From Gracilinanus agilis (Eukaryota), in the NCBI RefSeq assembly GCF_016433145.1, contig NC_058131.1, forward strand, positions 534,960,168 through 535,024,167: 64,000 nucleotides of DNA. The letters are read 5' to 3'. The position numbers and the translations under genes were made by a program. Under the pieces are notes generated by a model. The model was not told the origin of the DNA and did not search any database. It saw only the letters and a list, made by a program, of their open reading frames with translations. Of this stretch, positions 38,050-51,319 are shown in pieces; within the stretch, counting starts at the first letter, position 1, and every line of letters starts with the position of its first letter.

Positions 38050-38480
38050 ATTATGTATTTAACCATCATCAACCCCCCAAATTCAATATGCAAAGAAGAA
38101 AAAAGAGTGTATATAAATCTGTGAACTTTTATTTCATATAGTTTGAAAGGATTTATTACATTTAATGAAAAAGTAACAAAACTATCATGTTTGCTTATGT
38201 TCCCTTCTGAACTTTTTTCTTTATTTCTATGTATTTTTAAATGTTTATTAGTTTTTACTAATAATTTTCCCCTTCACTTTGAACATCATACTTCAAATGG
38301 CATAATATCTGTAAAATGCTTAAAACTAAGTATGGAATGTAGTAGATGCTTAATAATTTTTCATTCCCTTCCACTTTTTTTTAAACTTTATTTTTTATTT
38401 ATTTGTTATATTATAGTTCCCAGGTATCTCTCTCCCTCTCCTTGCCCTCCCTGAACTAGAGAAGGAACCATTTGACAAAA
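38050..38480 (-). mobile_element. L1 3' UTR fragments
   Basis: T-rich tail followed by ctccctctccttgccctccctgaactagagaagg. Confidence 0.6.
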
Positions 38481-38581
38481 CTATTTAGACCATTATAGTA
38501 TTTTTGAAAAGCAATAATTCTGTTTCCTCCTTGACTGTGCTTATTTCCTGAATTTCTTTTTTCATATATTATCACAATAGC

Positions 38582-38745
38582 CAGAGGCAGCTAGATATCA
38601 CAATAGACCACCTCACTTAGAATCAGGAAGATGAGCCTTTCTGAATTCAAATCTGGTTTCAGACATTTATTAGCTATGTGACCATGGGCAAGTCACTTAA
38701 CCCTGCTTGCCTCAGTTTTCTCATCTATAAAATGAGCTGGCCAAT
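38582..38745 (+). mobile_element. Mar1/MIR SINE, 3' truncated
   Basis: gaatcaggaagatgagcc...gggcaagtcacttaaccctgcttgcctcagttttctcatc. Confidence 0.8.
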
Positions 38746-38759
38746 TACAATCAAATTCT

Positions 38760-39565
38760 ATTAAATGTTCAGGGAAAAATTAGATCCAATCTTATGTAAA
38801 CTGTTTTATTATTCAAAGATATTTTATTTTCCCAATTACATATAATAATAATTTTCAACATAGGTTTTCCAAAATTATAAGAACCAAATTGTCTCCTCCC
38901 CTAAGCAATTTGATCTGGGTTATATTGTTTTAGGAGAATACTCAAATAAAATCAAAATCCCAAAATAAAATTATATGTCATCTAATGTGGAAAACAATAT
39001 GGTTTAATCTGCAACCAACTCCAACAGTTTTTTCTCTGGAAGTGGATAGCATTCTTTGTCATAAGTCCTTCATAATTTTCCTGCATCGTTGTATTGTTGA
39101 GAGTAGCTAAGTTTTTCACAGTCCATCCTTATATAATATCGCTGGTACTGTGTAGAATGTTCTCCAGGTTCTGCTAATTTCACTCTACATCAGTTCATGT
39201 GGATCTCTCCAGTTTTTTCTGAAGTAATCCTTTTCATTATTTTTTATAGCACAATCACCAACATATACCACAATTTGTTCAGCCATTCTCCAATTGATGG
39301 ACTTCCCCATAATTACCAATATTTTGCCACCACAAAAACTGCAGCTATAAATATTTTTGTACAATCTATTTTTTATCTCTTTGGGGTACAAACCCAATAG
39401 TGGCATAGTTGGATCAAAGAGTATGCATTCTTTTAAAGCCCTTTGGGCATAATTCCAAATTGCCTTCCAGAATGGTTGGATCAATTTGCAACTCCACTAA
39501 CAATGCATTAGGGTCCCACTTTTTACCACATCCCCTCCAACAACTATTACTTTCCTTTTCTGGCC
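38760..39565 (-). mobile_element. Young L1 3' end
   Basis: Reverse complement of the 26277-27330 family: gggcataattccaaattgccttccagaatggttggatcaatttgcaactcc. Confidence 0.92.
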
Positions 39566-39859
39566 AAATGGGTCTCTCTATCTTATTTCTTGAATTATGT
39601 TGTATGGACATCCTCCTAATATCTCCTTTTAAGGCTGCCATTCTTCCTCCAAATAATTGGAACTCAAGTCACATGTTTCTGAAGAGCAATGCTGCTGATA
39701 ACCTGGTTTGTTTTTTAATTCTAAAATAAGTGACTAGTTCATGCCACAAATAAAAAATAAAGAAAGTATAGTCACTGCAAACAAGAACACCACATGAAGT
39801 TAATCTCTGGGCTACCAAAAGTCTCCGTAACATACTAGATTTGCATAAAGAAAATGTTG

Positions 39860-40847
39860 AATTCTAGTTACAGATTTAATATTTAATTAATTAAATCCAT
39901 TAAAAACATTATTGATCACATTCAAAATAGAACTAATAATCTTTTGCTCCAAACACAATTCTTGTGAATTTCCTTATTTCTACTAAGGTACAATTATTTT
40001 TCTACTCTCTAAAGTTACGTTATTGGTGTTAACTTCTATTTCCCATTCTCCCTTACCCTGAATATTCAAAAAGTTATCATATTTTGCCATTTCTGTCTAC
40101 AAATTTTCTTACATTGGTCTCATTCTTACTGCTAACATAACCTTCTTTCTAGTCAGGTCCTCATCACATCTTACTGTGTGATCACAATGGCTTTCTAAAG
40201 GGATTTCCTGCCTCCAGTTTCTCTATTTTGATCCATCCTCTAGACAGCTTCTGAAGTTATTTTGCTTAAATACAAGTTTAATCATGCAACTGCTTTAGCC
40301 AACAAACTCCATTCTATTTATTTCAGGATAAAATGGAAAATTCTAGGTTCAACTTTTAGAGTGATCTGGTCCAAATCTATCTTCCTGGACTCATTATACA
40401 CTACTACTTTTACTACAGTCTATGGTCCTATCAAATTGTCCTTTTCTCTGTTCCTTCTTACCTTCTCCAAACTATCCTCTGTTATAAGGGGTGATAATGA
40501 ATACAGTGCTCTATCTGGAGTAAAGAAGACATATCTTTCTGAGTTCAAATATGGCCTCATAAACTTACTGGCTCTGTGCCTGGGCAAGTCACTTAATTTT
40601 TGTTTGCATTAGTTTCTTTATCTGTAAAGTGAGCTGGAGAAGCAAATGGCAAATCACTCCAGTATCTCTGACTAAAGACCCCCAAATAGGGTCAAAAAGT
40701 GTTGAACTGGACAACATCCCTTATCTCAATTTCATAAAATCTCTTACATCTTTCAAGACTTGACTCAAGCATATTTTCTATAATAAATATTTCCTGACTC
40801 TCCTCCACCTTCTACCAACTACTAGTATCCTACCTCATATCAGCTAC

Positions 40848-40850
<3 letters not shown>
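39860..40850 (+). mobile_element. L2 fragments with an inserted Mar1 SINE (40490-40715)
   Basis: L2 motifs gtcaggtcctcatcac, catcctctagacagcttc, gactcaagcatattttc; Mar1 tail gaagcaaatggcaaatcactccagtatc. Confidence 0.75.

Positions 40851-40886
<36 letters not shown>
40851..40886. repeat. (TA)n microsatellite
   Basis: Direct tandem array. Confidence 0.95.
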
Positions 40887-40889
<3 letters not shown>

Positions 40890-41082
40890 TTTTTAAAAAT
40901 CCTCACCTTTCTTAGAATCAATGCTGTTCATTGGTTCCAAGACAGAAGAGCAGTGAGGGGCTAGGCAAATAGGGTTAAATTGCCTAGAGTCACGTAGCTA
41001 GGACATGTTTGGGGCCATATTCAAACCCAGGACCTCCATTCTCTAGGCCTGGCTTTATCCATTGAGCCACCTAGTTGCTCCT
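40890..41082 (-). mobile_element. SINE1_Mdo-like element
   Basis: ctctaggcctggctttatccattgagccacctagttgctcc is the head on the minus strand. Confidence 0.85.
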
Positions 41083-41095
41083 TAAAAATGTAAAG

Positions 41096-41285
41096 CAGTG
41101 ATTCCCAAAGTGGGCGCCACCGCCCCCTGGTGGGTGCTTCAGTGATCTAGGGAGGTGGTGATGGCCACAGGTGCATTTGGGGGCGGTGAATAACTGTAAG
41201 GAGGCTGTGATAGTATGTGACAGGGGGTGCTAAGTAATATTTTTTCTGGAAAGGAGGCGGTAAGCCAAAATTTTGGGAACCACTG
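41096..41285. mobile_element. hAT MITE (190 bp), same termini as 15508-15700 but a different core
   Basis: TIRs CAGTGATTCCCAAA / CAGTGGTTCCCAAA. Perfect TSD ATGTAAAG (41088-41095 and 41286-41293). Confidence 0.95.
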
Positions 41286-41699
41286 ATGTAAAGTGATATA
41301 TATATATATATATATTCTTATTGTTTTCTCTGAAAATTGTAAATTATTCAAGTATAAGCACTTTTTAAATTTTTTTCTCCCTATCCCCAGCATCCAATGC
41401 ATTGTTGGAGGCACAAAGTAAGTACTTAAATGCTTAGTGATTAATTGATTGGTACATTTCAAGCATTTATGCTTGAAGTTGGAGGTATCTATATAGGAGT
41501 GCCATAGTCCTTATACTCAAGGAATATCCATTCTACTTAACTAGCAGTGTGACTTGAAGGCCAATCGCTTAATTCAGCATTCTAGAAAGTGGGGAGAAAA
41601 ATCCTTGTACTAATTAACTTGCTGGGGTTGTGAAAAAAGAATTTTAGAAAGTATAAGGGTTTACATGTATGTTACTTATTATTAATACTAATAATAACA

Positions 41700-44230
41700 T
41701 AAATATATAATCAATAAGATCATTATCACTTAGACTTTTGATTTCCATATATGTTTATATGCATAAAAGAAAAAAACTTAACATGAAATAGAACTGGTAG
41801 AGAAGCCAAAACAAAAATTAAAATAAGCCTGAATGTGCTGGAGAGGATTGTGCCACAAAATCCATGATTTATAGTTATACATAAACATTAATTCTTATAG
41901 TAACTGTATTAATACACTTGAAGTAGTGAAAACATTTGATAAAAGTAAAATGACCAAATCTAATTATATGCATCAATTCTATCTTCTTGAGCAATTATCA
42001 TTCTTTCGTAAACTGCAATTTCGGCCACTCATGTGTACCAACCCTTAATTGTGCGTAATTCTTGGGTTCTCCGACAGTTGGTAATGAGACATTTAGCATA
42101 CAACAGTGTGGCTGCCAGCTATTTACATTGTGGAGCTGAACTCCCAAACAGACATCTAGAAATCATGGATGGCTGCCACTCGAGGCATTCTGATGTGCCC
42201 ATGCTTTTTAATTTGATCTCTGAAATTCGTAACATATTGCAAATATTGGTCATTCCTCTATGGAAACCTAGCCCGAGGATATTATCTTTTCTGACTATCC
42301 TTACAAATTGCCCCACCTCACCACATCCCTCCATGCCATGCCTTATCATACCACTATCAAGCAAGACTGATGAACTAATGCTTTACTAGAAATCACCAAT
42401 GAATGATATTAAACTAAAATTTATATTAATAACTGTAAAATATAAAAAACCAAAAATCATAATATGTCCTATGCTAGATTTTTAGGCATTTCTGGATTCT
42501 CTATTTCTCTTACTAATACATATTTTGTATTAAAATAGAAGAATGGAAATAGGTCCTAATATATATCTAATTGTGTATGTATACAACAGAACTTGAGATT
42601 AATACTGTGTCCTGGAAACAACAAATATGAACTTGAACAGACTTTGAGAAATAGTGGGGAATGGAAGATTCTGGTGTGCTTTGGCCCATTGGGTTACAAA
42701 GAGTTAGACATAACTGAACAATTGAATGACAACATTTACATTTCCCAAACAATATTGCTCTAGAGCCATTTTTTGGCATGGAAGGACTTGGTAAAATTAC
42801 AAAAAAAAATTATTTTATTAAACTAGAAAAAATAACAGAATTAATTTGGAAAAACATAAAGTCAAAAATACAAAGGAAAAATGAAAAAAAATGTTAAGGA
42901 AGGAGGTCTAGCGGTATTAAATTTCAAAGTATGTTATAAAGTCCTAATTATCAAAACTATTTGGTACTGGCTAAGAAATAGAAAAGTGGATCGATAGAAC
43001 CAAATAGACATACAAAAAAATTGTAAAAGATTATAATAACTTTGACATTTGACAAAGGTAAAATTCCAAGTTTTTGGAATAAGAATTCACTATTTAGTAA
43101 AAAAGATAGGGTCAAATGGATATAAAAACAAATTAGAAGAAGAGGGAAAATATTCCCATAAGATTTGTAGATAGAAGAAGAATTTACAAATGACTAAATT
43201 TTACAAATGATAAAAAGCATTGTGAAATATGGAATGGACAATTTTGAATTTTTTCTACAAATAAAACTAATGTAGCCAAGATAAGAAAAAAGCAATAAAC
43301 TGGGAAAAAAATTTTGGACTGCTTCTCAAAAAGAGGTTTAATATCTAAAATATAGAGAAAACTTTTCCCAAATATGTAAGAATGTAAGCTATTCTCCAAT
43401 TGGTAATTGATACATGGTCATAAGATATGACCAGATATATATATATATATATATATCACTATAAATCATTATTGATTAGAGAAATGCAAATCAAAACAAC
43501 TGAAATATTATCACACCTATCAGATTGGCTAAAATGAAAAGAAGACAAAATGACAAGTGTTAGAGGGGATGTCAAAAAATAGGGACATTAATACATTATT
43601 GGTGAAACTGTGAATTGATCTAACCACTTTGGAGAGTAATCTGTAATTATACTCAAAGAGTTATAAAACTATATATATTTTCTGACCCAGCATAAGCATT
43701 AATAGGTTTATTTCCTAAGGCATTCAAGGAAAAATGAAAAGAAACTATATGTTCCAAAATATTTATAGCAGTTCTTTTTGTGGTGGTAAAGAACTGGAAA
43801 GAGAAGGAATGTCCATCAGTTGCAGAGTGGCTGAACAAGTTGTGTAATGGAATACCAGTGTGCCATAAGAAATAACAAACAAGATTATCACAAAAAATCT
43901 GGAAAGATTTATATGAAGTGATGCAAAGTGAAGTGAGCAGAACCAGGAGAATGTTATTATTTAGTAACAATATGTATGGTGATCAACTATGAATGACAAC
44001 TATTTTCAATAAGGCAAGGATCCAGAACAATCCAAGGAACTCATGCTGAGAAAGGCTATTCACTGCCAAAGTAGGAACTGGAGTCCAAATGCAGATTGGA
44101 AAATACTATTCTTCATTTTATTTTTGCCATGGATTTTTCTCAAATGTAAGTAATATGCCTCTTCTTTCATGACATGATGAACAGTGTAATAAGTATGATA
44201 TGACTACATATGTATAACCTATATAATCTG
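41700..44230 (+). mobile_element. Fragmented L1 ORF2 and 3' UTR with intervening non-L1 sequence
   Basis: aacatttgataaa (AFDK) near 41932; ttattttattaaactagaaaaaata (YFIKLEKI); ctatttggtactggctaagaaatagaaaagtggatc (IWYWLRNRKVD). Confidence 0.85.
42595..42735 (+). mobile_element. RTE LINE 3' terminus or RTE-derived SINE tail
   Basis: ggaaacaacaaatatgaacttgaacagactttgagaaatagtgg...cattgggttacaaagagttagacataactgaacaa. Confidence 0.8.
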
Positions 44231-44649
44231 AGCTAAAGTGAATCACTAGTTTTCTTTTTTGTTACAGTATGTTTCTCTTCTTAAATATTTTATATTTGCA
44301 AAGTACTTTGCAGTCGTCTATTATCTAACAGAAAATAATATCTTTCCCTGGATAGCTGCTGCCACATTTCTCGGTCCTTTGGATCACTTGTATTGAAGCT
44401 GGAACATCTAACATATGTATTTGGAGCTTGCTTTAATGGCCTTAACAGAAACCAGTTCTCTTGAGACTCCATTATTGTGAAATATGCTTCATCTACCATT
44501 AGAGGTCTTAAAACCAACATTTCAGATTCCTCTCTGGCTTAAACTAGAGAAGAAACTGAGAAGGACCTTGTTACTAAGCATAGATTTGGAGCTGGGAGGT
44601 ATCCTAGAGATTATTAAGTCCAAATCCTACTCTATCATTTTACAGATTC

Positions 44650-45800
44650 TAAACTTCATTATAACAATGGCAGGGCCATTCTCCCAAGAACCAATGTATC
44701 ATTGTTGACTTTTACTCTCTCTCACCCTCCACCCATATCCAATCTGTTTCAGAGTTCAGTCAAATTTACCCTCATAACATCTCATAGATATATTCCTTTC
44801 TCTAGTCTGACTCTGCCACTACTCTAGGGTAAGTCCTTATGATATCATACCTGCATGTTTTCAATATTTTGCAGATAAGTTTGATTGCCTCAGGTGTCTC
44901 TCCAATTCATCCTGTCCTCCACACAGCTGCCAAATCAATCTTCCTAAAGCACAAACATAATCATGTCATCCCCTCCTCTATTTAATAAACTCCAAAGGTT
45001 TCTTATCATCTTTAGGATTAAATATGAAATCTGTTTAGTATTCAAAATCCTTCACAATTTTGTCCCATACTACCTTTCCAGTATTCTTAAACTTGATTCC
45101 ACATATTCTGTGATTCAACAACACTGACTTCCTTGCTGTTCTTTGAACATAATCCATCTATAGATTCTTGGCATTTTCATTGGCTGGTCCCCATGCCTGG
45201 AATGCTCTTCTTCCTCATTTCTGCTTCATGACTTCCCTGATTTCTTTAAAGTCTCAGCTAAATGCTACCTTCTAAAAGAAATATTTTTAAAATTTTTCTT
45301 AATTCTAGCATCTTCTCCTATTATTTTGTTTCCCTCAGTTAATTCAATTGTAAAATGAGGATCATTTTAGTATCTACCTTCCAGGGTTGTTGTGAGGATC
45401 AAATGAGATAATATTTTTAAAGCACTTATCACAGGGTCTGGCATATAGTAGGTTTACTTTTAATTTAATTTAATAAATGTATGTATTTATATAAATAAAT
45501 GTAATTTAATAAAAGCATTTAATAAATGCTTTCTTCTCTGTTTCCTTCCTTCGTTCCTTCCTTCGTTCCTTCCTTCCTTCCTTCGTTCCTTCCTTCCTTC
45601 CTTCCTTCCTTCCTCCCTTCCTTCCTTCCTTCCTTCTTATCTTGTACATACTCTGTTTATATCTCGCTGTTTGCACATTGTTTCTCTTCTTAGACTGAGT
45701 TCTTAAGTGTTGTGACTGGCTTTCATTTTCCTTTGTATCCTCAGTGCTTAGCATAGTGCCTGAGACACCCAGTTCACACTTAATAAATGTTTATTGACTT
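44650..45800 (+). mobile_element. L2 3' portion interrupted by MIR (45325-45480) and a TTCC repeat
   Basis: catatccaatctg...cttcctaaagcacaaac...ccatgcctggaatgctcttc...tgtatcctcagtgcttagcatagtgcctg. Confidence 0.85.
45540..45636 (+). repeat. (TTCC)n polypyrimidine microsatellite with TTCG variants
   Basis: Direct tandem array. Confidence 0.95.
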
Positions 45801-46089
45801 ACCAATTTGCCCAAGATCTCACAGGCAATAAGTTGCAAAGACAGAATTTGAATCCAGTTCTTAAAGACTCCAGACCCAATGAAGTTTCACTGGACTATGC
45901 ACAAAGTCCCAAACTCAAGACTTGTATCTACTATTTTCCTATGCATGGAAATTATTTTTAATAGAAAAAAAATCACCTTTTTATTCATTTCTTTTTTCCA
46001 TTTGCAGTCTGGATGGTAGAAGAAAGCCTAAGTAATTCCATTTTTTTCTGTTGGTCTGTTCATTTCCTTGCCTTCCCTTCATTCATCAC

Positions 46090-46480
46090 TTACTCTGCTT
46101 TCTTTTTTTTTTTCTTTTAAGTTCATTTATTTATTTAATTAATTTAGAATGCTTTTCCATGGACACATGAATCATGCCTTTTCCCTTCCCCCCAGCCCCC
46201 TCCCATAGCCAATGAGCAATTCCACTAGGTTTTACAGATGTCATTGATCAAGACCTATTTCCATATTATTGATATTTGCACTAGGGTGATCATTTAGAGT
46301 CTACATTCCCAATCATATCCCCATCAAAAACATGTGATTAAGCAGTTGTTTTTATTCTGTGTGTCTACTCCCATAGTTCTTTCTCTGGATGTGGATAGCG
46401 TTCTTTTTCATAAATCCCTCAGAATTGTCCTGGATCATTGCATTGCGACTAGTGCAGAAGCCTATTATATTCAATTGTAC
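46090..46480 (-). mobile_element. L1 3' terminus
   Basis: Poly-T tail followed by ccccctcccatagccaatgagcaattccactaggttttacagatgtcattgatcaagacc. Confidence 0.88.
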
Positions 46481-46729
46481 AAGGCAAATATTTTAAGCAT
46501 ACCCATTGAGTTGATCCTGAATGGAGGAAAATGAGAAGTCTGTGAAACCTATACTTCAGTATAGTTTCTATCTATATATTCTGAATTGGAAAAGGTTAAG
46601 GGTTGTAGAGAGTATTCCAGTGCTGAAAAAAACTTATGATTCTCAATTTCTCAGCTAATGGGTACTATTTAAACAGAATAAAGTAATATTTCAAATCAAG
46701 AAAGAACCTTAGGCTTCACCTAATCTAAG

Positions 46730-47690
46730 TCTTTCATTCAATAAGCATTAATTAAACACATATTATGTGCTAGACAGTAGAGGTATAAAGCTAAAAATGA
46801 AACAGTCCTTTCCTTAAATGACTTTCATTCTGTTAGAAACACTATATGAGTCAAAAATTAAATGAAAAAAATATATACAAAATAATTTGTAGGAGAAAGG
46901 TGCTAACAACACGAGAAATCAGCATATGATTCCTGATACTTTGGAAAGTTTAGAAGGAAAGCATGAGTTAATGGTGAGGAGGGAGTGTATTCCAACCACG
47001 AAGGCAGATTGTGCAAAGATATCAAGGTCTGTCATCAAAAGCTCACATATTTATGTAAGGAGGGCATTCAGAATATGTGCTATGAAGAACAATGAGCCTG
47101 GAAAAATAGCCAAATTGTAAAGGTCTCAAAAAGCCAAAAAATGGGTGCTTTTCTTTTCTCCTAAAAGCAAGAAGGATCTATTGGAATCTGTGGAGCAGAG
47201 AAGTTTCAAGGTCACACCTATGCTTTAGAAATATTAATTTAAAGGATGATGTGGAAAGAGAGACTAAGGAGGAGTCTTGCAATAATGTAGGGAGTAGAAA
47301 GAGAGGATGAGAATGAAAAGGATGGTAGCTGTGGGAGTAAAGAGAAAGGAGATAGAAATGAAATGGTGTTCTAGGAGAACTGACAATATTTGGTAACTAA
47401 TTAGATGTTTGTAATGAGAAAGAAGAAATAGTCAAAGAGAACTGTATGATTGGAAACATTTGCAATTGAAAGGATGGCAGTGCCTGCAAAATAAATAGGA
47501 AAGTTAGGAATAGAAGAGGATTTGAGGATGGGAGAAAGATAATGAGTTATATTTTGGATACAATGAGTTCATGATTCTTATAGGTCATCCAGATGGAGAG
47601 ATTCCATTGGTGAAATGAAACTAATATGATATTGGAGCTGAGCATGTAGATCTGGTAGTCATCTGAAGAAAGGTGATTCAACCTAGTAGG
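46730..47690 (-). mobile_element. L2 fragment
   Basis: cattcaataagcattaattaaacacatattatgtgctagac...gataatgagttatattttggatac. Confidence 0.8.
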
Positions 47691-49657
47691 ATATACATTT
47701 CTAGAGAGCAAAAATCTTTTTTATTTCTGACTTTCTATCTCCAGTGCCTTTCACATAGTTGACTCTTAAAAACACTTGTTTATTCAAATTTAATTTTATC
47801 ACCACCTCTTCCATTGCAGATGATAAACTAAGGCCCAGAGACATAAAGTGATCTAGACTGTTAGTGATGAAGCCAGTATTAGATTCAGGTTTCCTCACTT
47901 TTAATCTGGCTAGTTCTACAGTAACATTAGGTTTTTAACATGCATATTTTACTCTAAAAACAGAAAAATGCTTGAAATGTACAATGTATCATATTGTCTT
48001 CTTCACCATCTTCTTATTCCTAATCCCAATCCCAAGATTTGCCTCTGGTACTTAATCTAATTCTTCTTCTTCAACTAAAATAATATCATTAATAATTATA
48101 TTACAGAAGGACCTATAAACTTTCCTTATGTTAATGCCATTCTTTGCAGATCATCCTTCTCTCATCCACAACAATACTTCTTCCCAGTTGTAGAGGGTTA
48201 GTTGAAACACTGATTTAAACAAAAATGCTTCTTTTTTTAGGTCATTTATACCCCATCTCCATTTCATAACCTGATATTCTCAGACCATCAGCGCATTCTC
48301 TTATCTTGTTCAAACACTTCCAGCAGAAATCCACTATTTTAGCCCTTTATAAGTTCCCTTTAGAGATTCCACCAAACCTTAGGTTTCTTCTGGAAAAGAT
48401 TCCACTTTCCATTTCTTTCTTTCTTTATAGCTGCAAACCAATACTGCCATCCACTGTTGCTTTGAATAATCTCTTTATTTTCCCCTCAGTGCTTTCCAAG
48501 ATGATCTGAAACAAAAGTTGACAACAAAATTAAACCCTTTTAAACTATCAAGAATGTGTTGTTTCTCAGCAAACTCTTCACTATAGATTTCTCCTGAATT
48601 GAAACTGCCCAACTTTTCGTCTTTTCTTCAAACACTCAGGGTGAGAAAATACCATTCTTTGCTATATTATTATTACTACAGAAGTGGAAGGGGGAAGGGA
48701 AGAAGCACCCAAATTTAGCTTTTCTGCTATTTCTCCGTTTGCTCCATTCCGAGGAAAACGAGGGGCATAGTGTCCTGGGAATGGCCTCAGAGAGTTCTGG
48801 GTTCAAATTCTACTTCTGACACTGACTAGCTATGACCAAAAGCAATGTATTAAATCTTTTTTTCAGCCCAGGCAAATATTTAAGAGTTGTCTAATTGTAG
48901 ATAAGGCATAAAGACTTTCACACATAAATTAAATACCAAATTCTTAAGTGTAACCATTTAACTTCTGGGATTCCCAAAAGATTTTTATGTTCTTTGAAAG
49001 AATATGGACTCTGATAACGAGAATAAGGACCAAAGGAGTAGTCACAGATGGATGGGAATCTTATGTCAATAAAGATCACAGATCTTTAACATATTGCCAC
49101 CGTTCAACTCTCCAGACTAGACTGTTGGGGACCGAACAAATTTGTATGTTTCAAAATCCCAAATTATTTTTCCAACATAGACCAATAGGATGACTCTGTC
49201 CTTAATTGCACTGCTGGTATAGTCTTCCAGATGCATCTAGATAGAAATAACTATTCTTAATATTTAATCGCACAGGCTGCTTATTTTAGATTCCCTTTTC
49301 CATAGCATTTGTTTTCTCAGTTCTATCCCACTTTTGGCATGAACCTGCTTTCAGTCTCTCTACTTTTTTTTTCTTTTCAGTTTCAGCTTTCCTGGTGATT
49401 GAAACCAGAACTATTTGCTATTTTCCACCTTCCACTAAATTAAAACCACCTTCCACTTAAGACAGATGGAATCATGGCACACAAAGGGAATTTGGGAACA
49501 GCGGAACTGCATTCTATTTCCAACAACGGCCTGTGAAAAAGAAGTGGAGGAAAGAGAAGATTTGAAAATGAGATTGACCAGCCATGTAGTCAGAGTGGTG
49601 AGTCAGAATACTTCATTGGTATTCATCAAATGTTATTAAAAAAAAAAAAAGTTAGAG

Positions 49658-50093
49658 CAGGAGTTCTTAAACTGGAATTGGTGAGGTATTTTTGTTTTGT
49701 GGTAATTTTTTATAACTATTTTGATGTAATTGGGAATTAGATGGGACAGTAAATGAAATTTAGACTTGGAATCAGGAAGACTTCAGTTTGAATCATGTAC
49801 CTCCGATATTTATCAGCTCTATGACCCTGAGCAAGTCACTTAACCTCTTTTTGCCAGTTATCTCATCTATAAAATAGGGATAAACAATACTTGCCTCATG
49901 GGATTGTTATGAGGATCTAATGAGTTAAGATGTAAAGCACTTTGGAAACATTGTTATTTGAATGCTCACTATTAACCTTCATATTCTTATGTATTTTATT
50001 TTATGCATTTAAAAACATTCTGAGAAGAGATCCATAGGACTCACTCTACTGCCAAAGGGGTCCATAACTCACAGAAAAGACTAGGAATCCTTG
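49658..50093 (-). mobile_element. Old Charlie4-like MITE with a MIR (49738-49975) nested inside
   Basis: caggagttcttaaactgg...atgtattttattttatgcatttaaaaacattctgagaag...tgccaaaggggtccat...ggaatccttg. Confidence 0.6.
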
Positions 50094-50119
50094 AGAAAGG
50101 AAGGCTTCTAGTTCCAGTA

Positions 50120-50250
50120 TTATCTACCCTTTTAGAATGCATGTTCCTTGTGGAATGCAGACTACTTTTGCTTTTCTTAATATTCCCATTGCTTAGCGCA
50201 GTTCATGAGACATAGCACATACTTAATAAAATTCTTGTTGACTGACTCTT
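50120..50250 (+). mobile_element. L2 3' terminus
   Basis: ttagaatgcatgttccttg...gcttagcgcagttcatgagacatagcacatacttaataaa. Confidence 0.75.
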
Positions 50251-51024
50251 GATTGATCTTTGATAGATAAGAGCACAGATACATTGACTCTGGAGCTAAA
50301 AGAAGCCTTATAGATAACAGACTCTAACTCCTTCCATGTAGATAGGGAAACAAAGAGCTAGAGAAGCAAATGGAAGCAGCCAAAGTAAAAAAGCTGCCCG
50401 TTGTCAGAAACAAGTCATCTGCTTTCCAAGCTTTCCACAATTCCTCCATGAGGAAGCATTAGAGATTTTCTTCCTTAGACAGGCTGACAATAAAAACAAT
50501 GAATTTCAAGATTGCATTCCAAAAAACTTATGAGACTTCTTTATTCATTTTTCTAATGACGTTTTTCTCCATTTCCCTTTTCTAGTGACTCCTCCAAAAA
50601 CAGGGGCAAGATGGAGGAATCTGGAGTCAGAAAAACCTTGATTGGATTCCCACCCCCATCCCTACTCCACCTCTTCCTAACTGGATCTTTTTGAGCAATC
50701 TAATTTACCCTTCTCATTTTTTTTTTTTTTCAGAGAAAAGCAGGACATCTCTAAAACAGGTAGCCTGGCCTAGATAGCCTCATTCTGAACTCTGAAATGA
50801 GCCATGTTTCCTTTCACTCAAGAGATGTAAAAATGTGACCGCCTCTCAATTGTTCAGCCTTACATTAGAACCAAAGCAATTGTACATCCTCTTTCTTCTA
50901 TGGATTTATATCTCGCTGATTGGCTATCAGAATTATTAAGAATTATTAAGTTCTCATTTTTGTCTAAGCTGATCTTTGGCTTTATTTGGATCACCCACCA
51001 TTATCTTTTGATATAGACATCTCT

Positions 51025-51255
51025 GGTAGTTAGGTGGTGCAGTGGAGAGAGTACCGGGTCTGGAATCAGGAAGATCTGAGTTCAAATACAGTCTCAGATC
51101 CTTAATAGTTGTGTGACTGTGGTCAAGTCTCTGTCACCCTCAGTTTCTTCATCTGTAAAATGAGCTGGATGAATAGCAAATCACTTCACTATCTTTGCTG
51201 AGAAAACCTTAAATGTGGTCACAAAGAGTAGGACACGAATGGACAATGAACAGAC
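51025..51255 (+). mobile_element. Mar1-type SINE
   Basis: ggaatcaggaagatctgagttcaaatacagtctcag...ggtcacaaagagtaggacacgaatggacaa. Confidence 0.85.
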
Positions 51256-51319
51256 ATTTCCAAAGCAAGCAGCTCTATCATGTTAGAATACTAGCTAGCA
51301 CGAATGTTTGTTAAACACT

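Noticed and set aside
49360-49460. Tandem acceptors TTTTCAG|TTTCAG|
   Set aside because: All frames close quickly and there is no matching donor.
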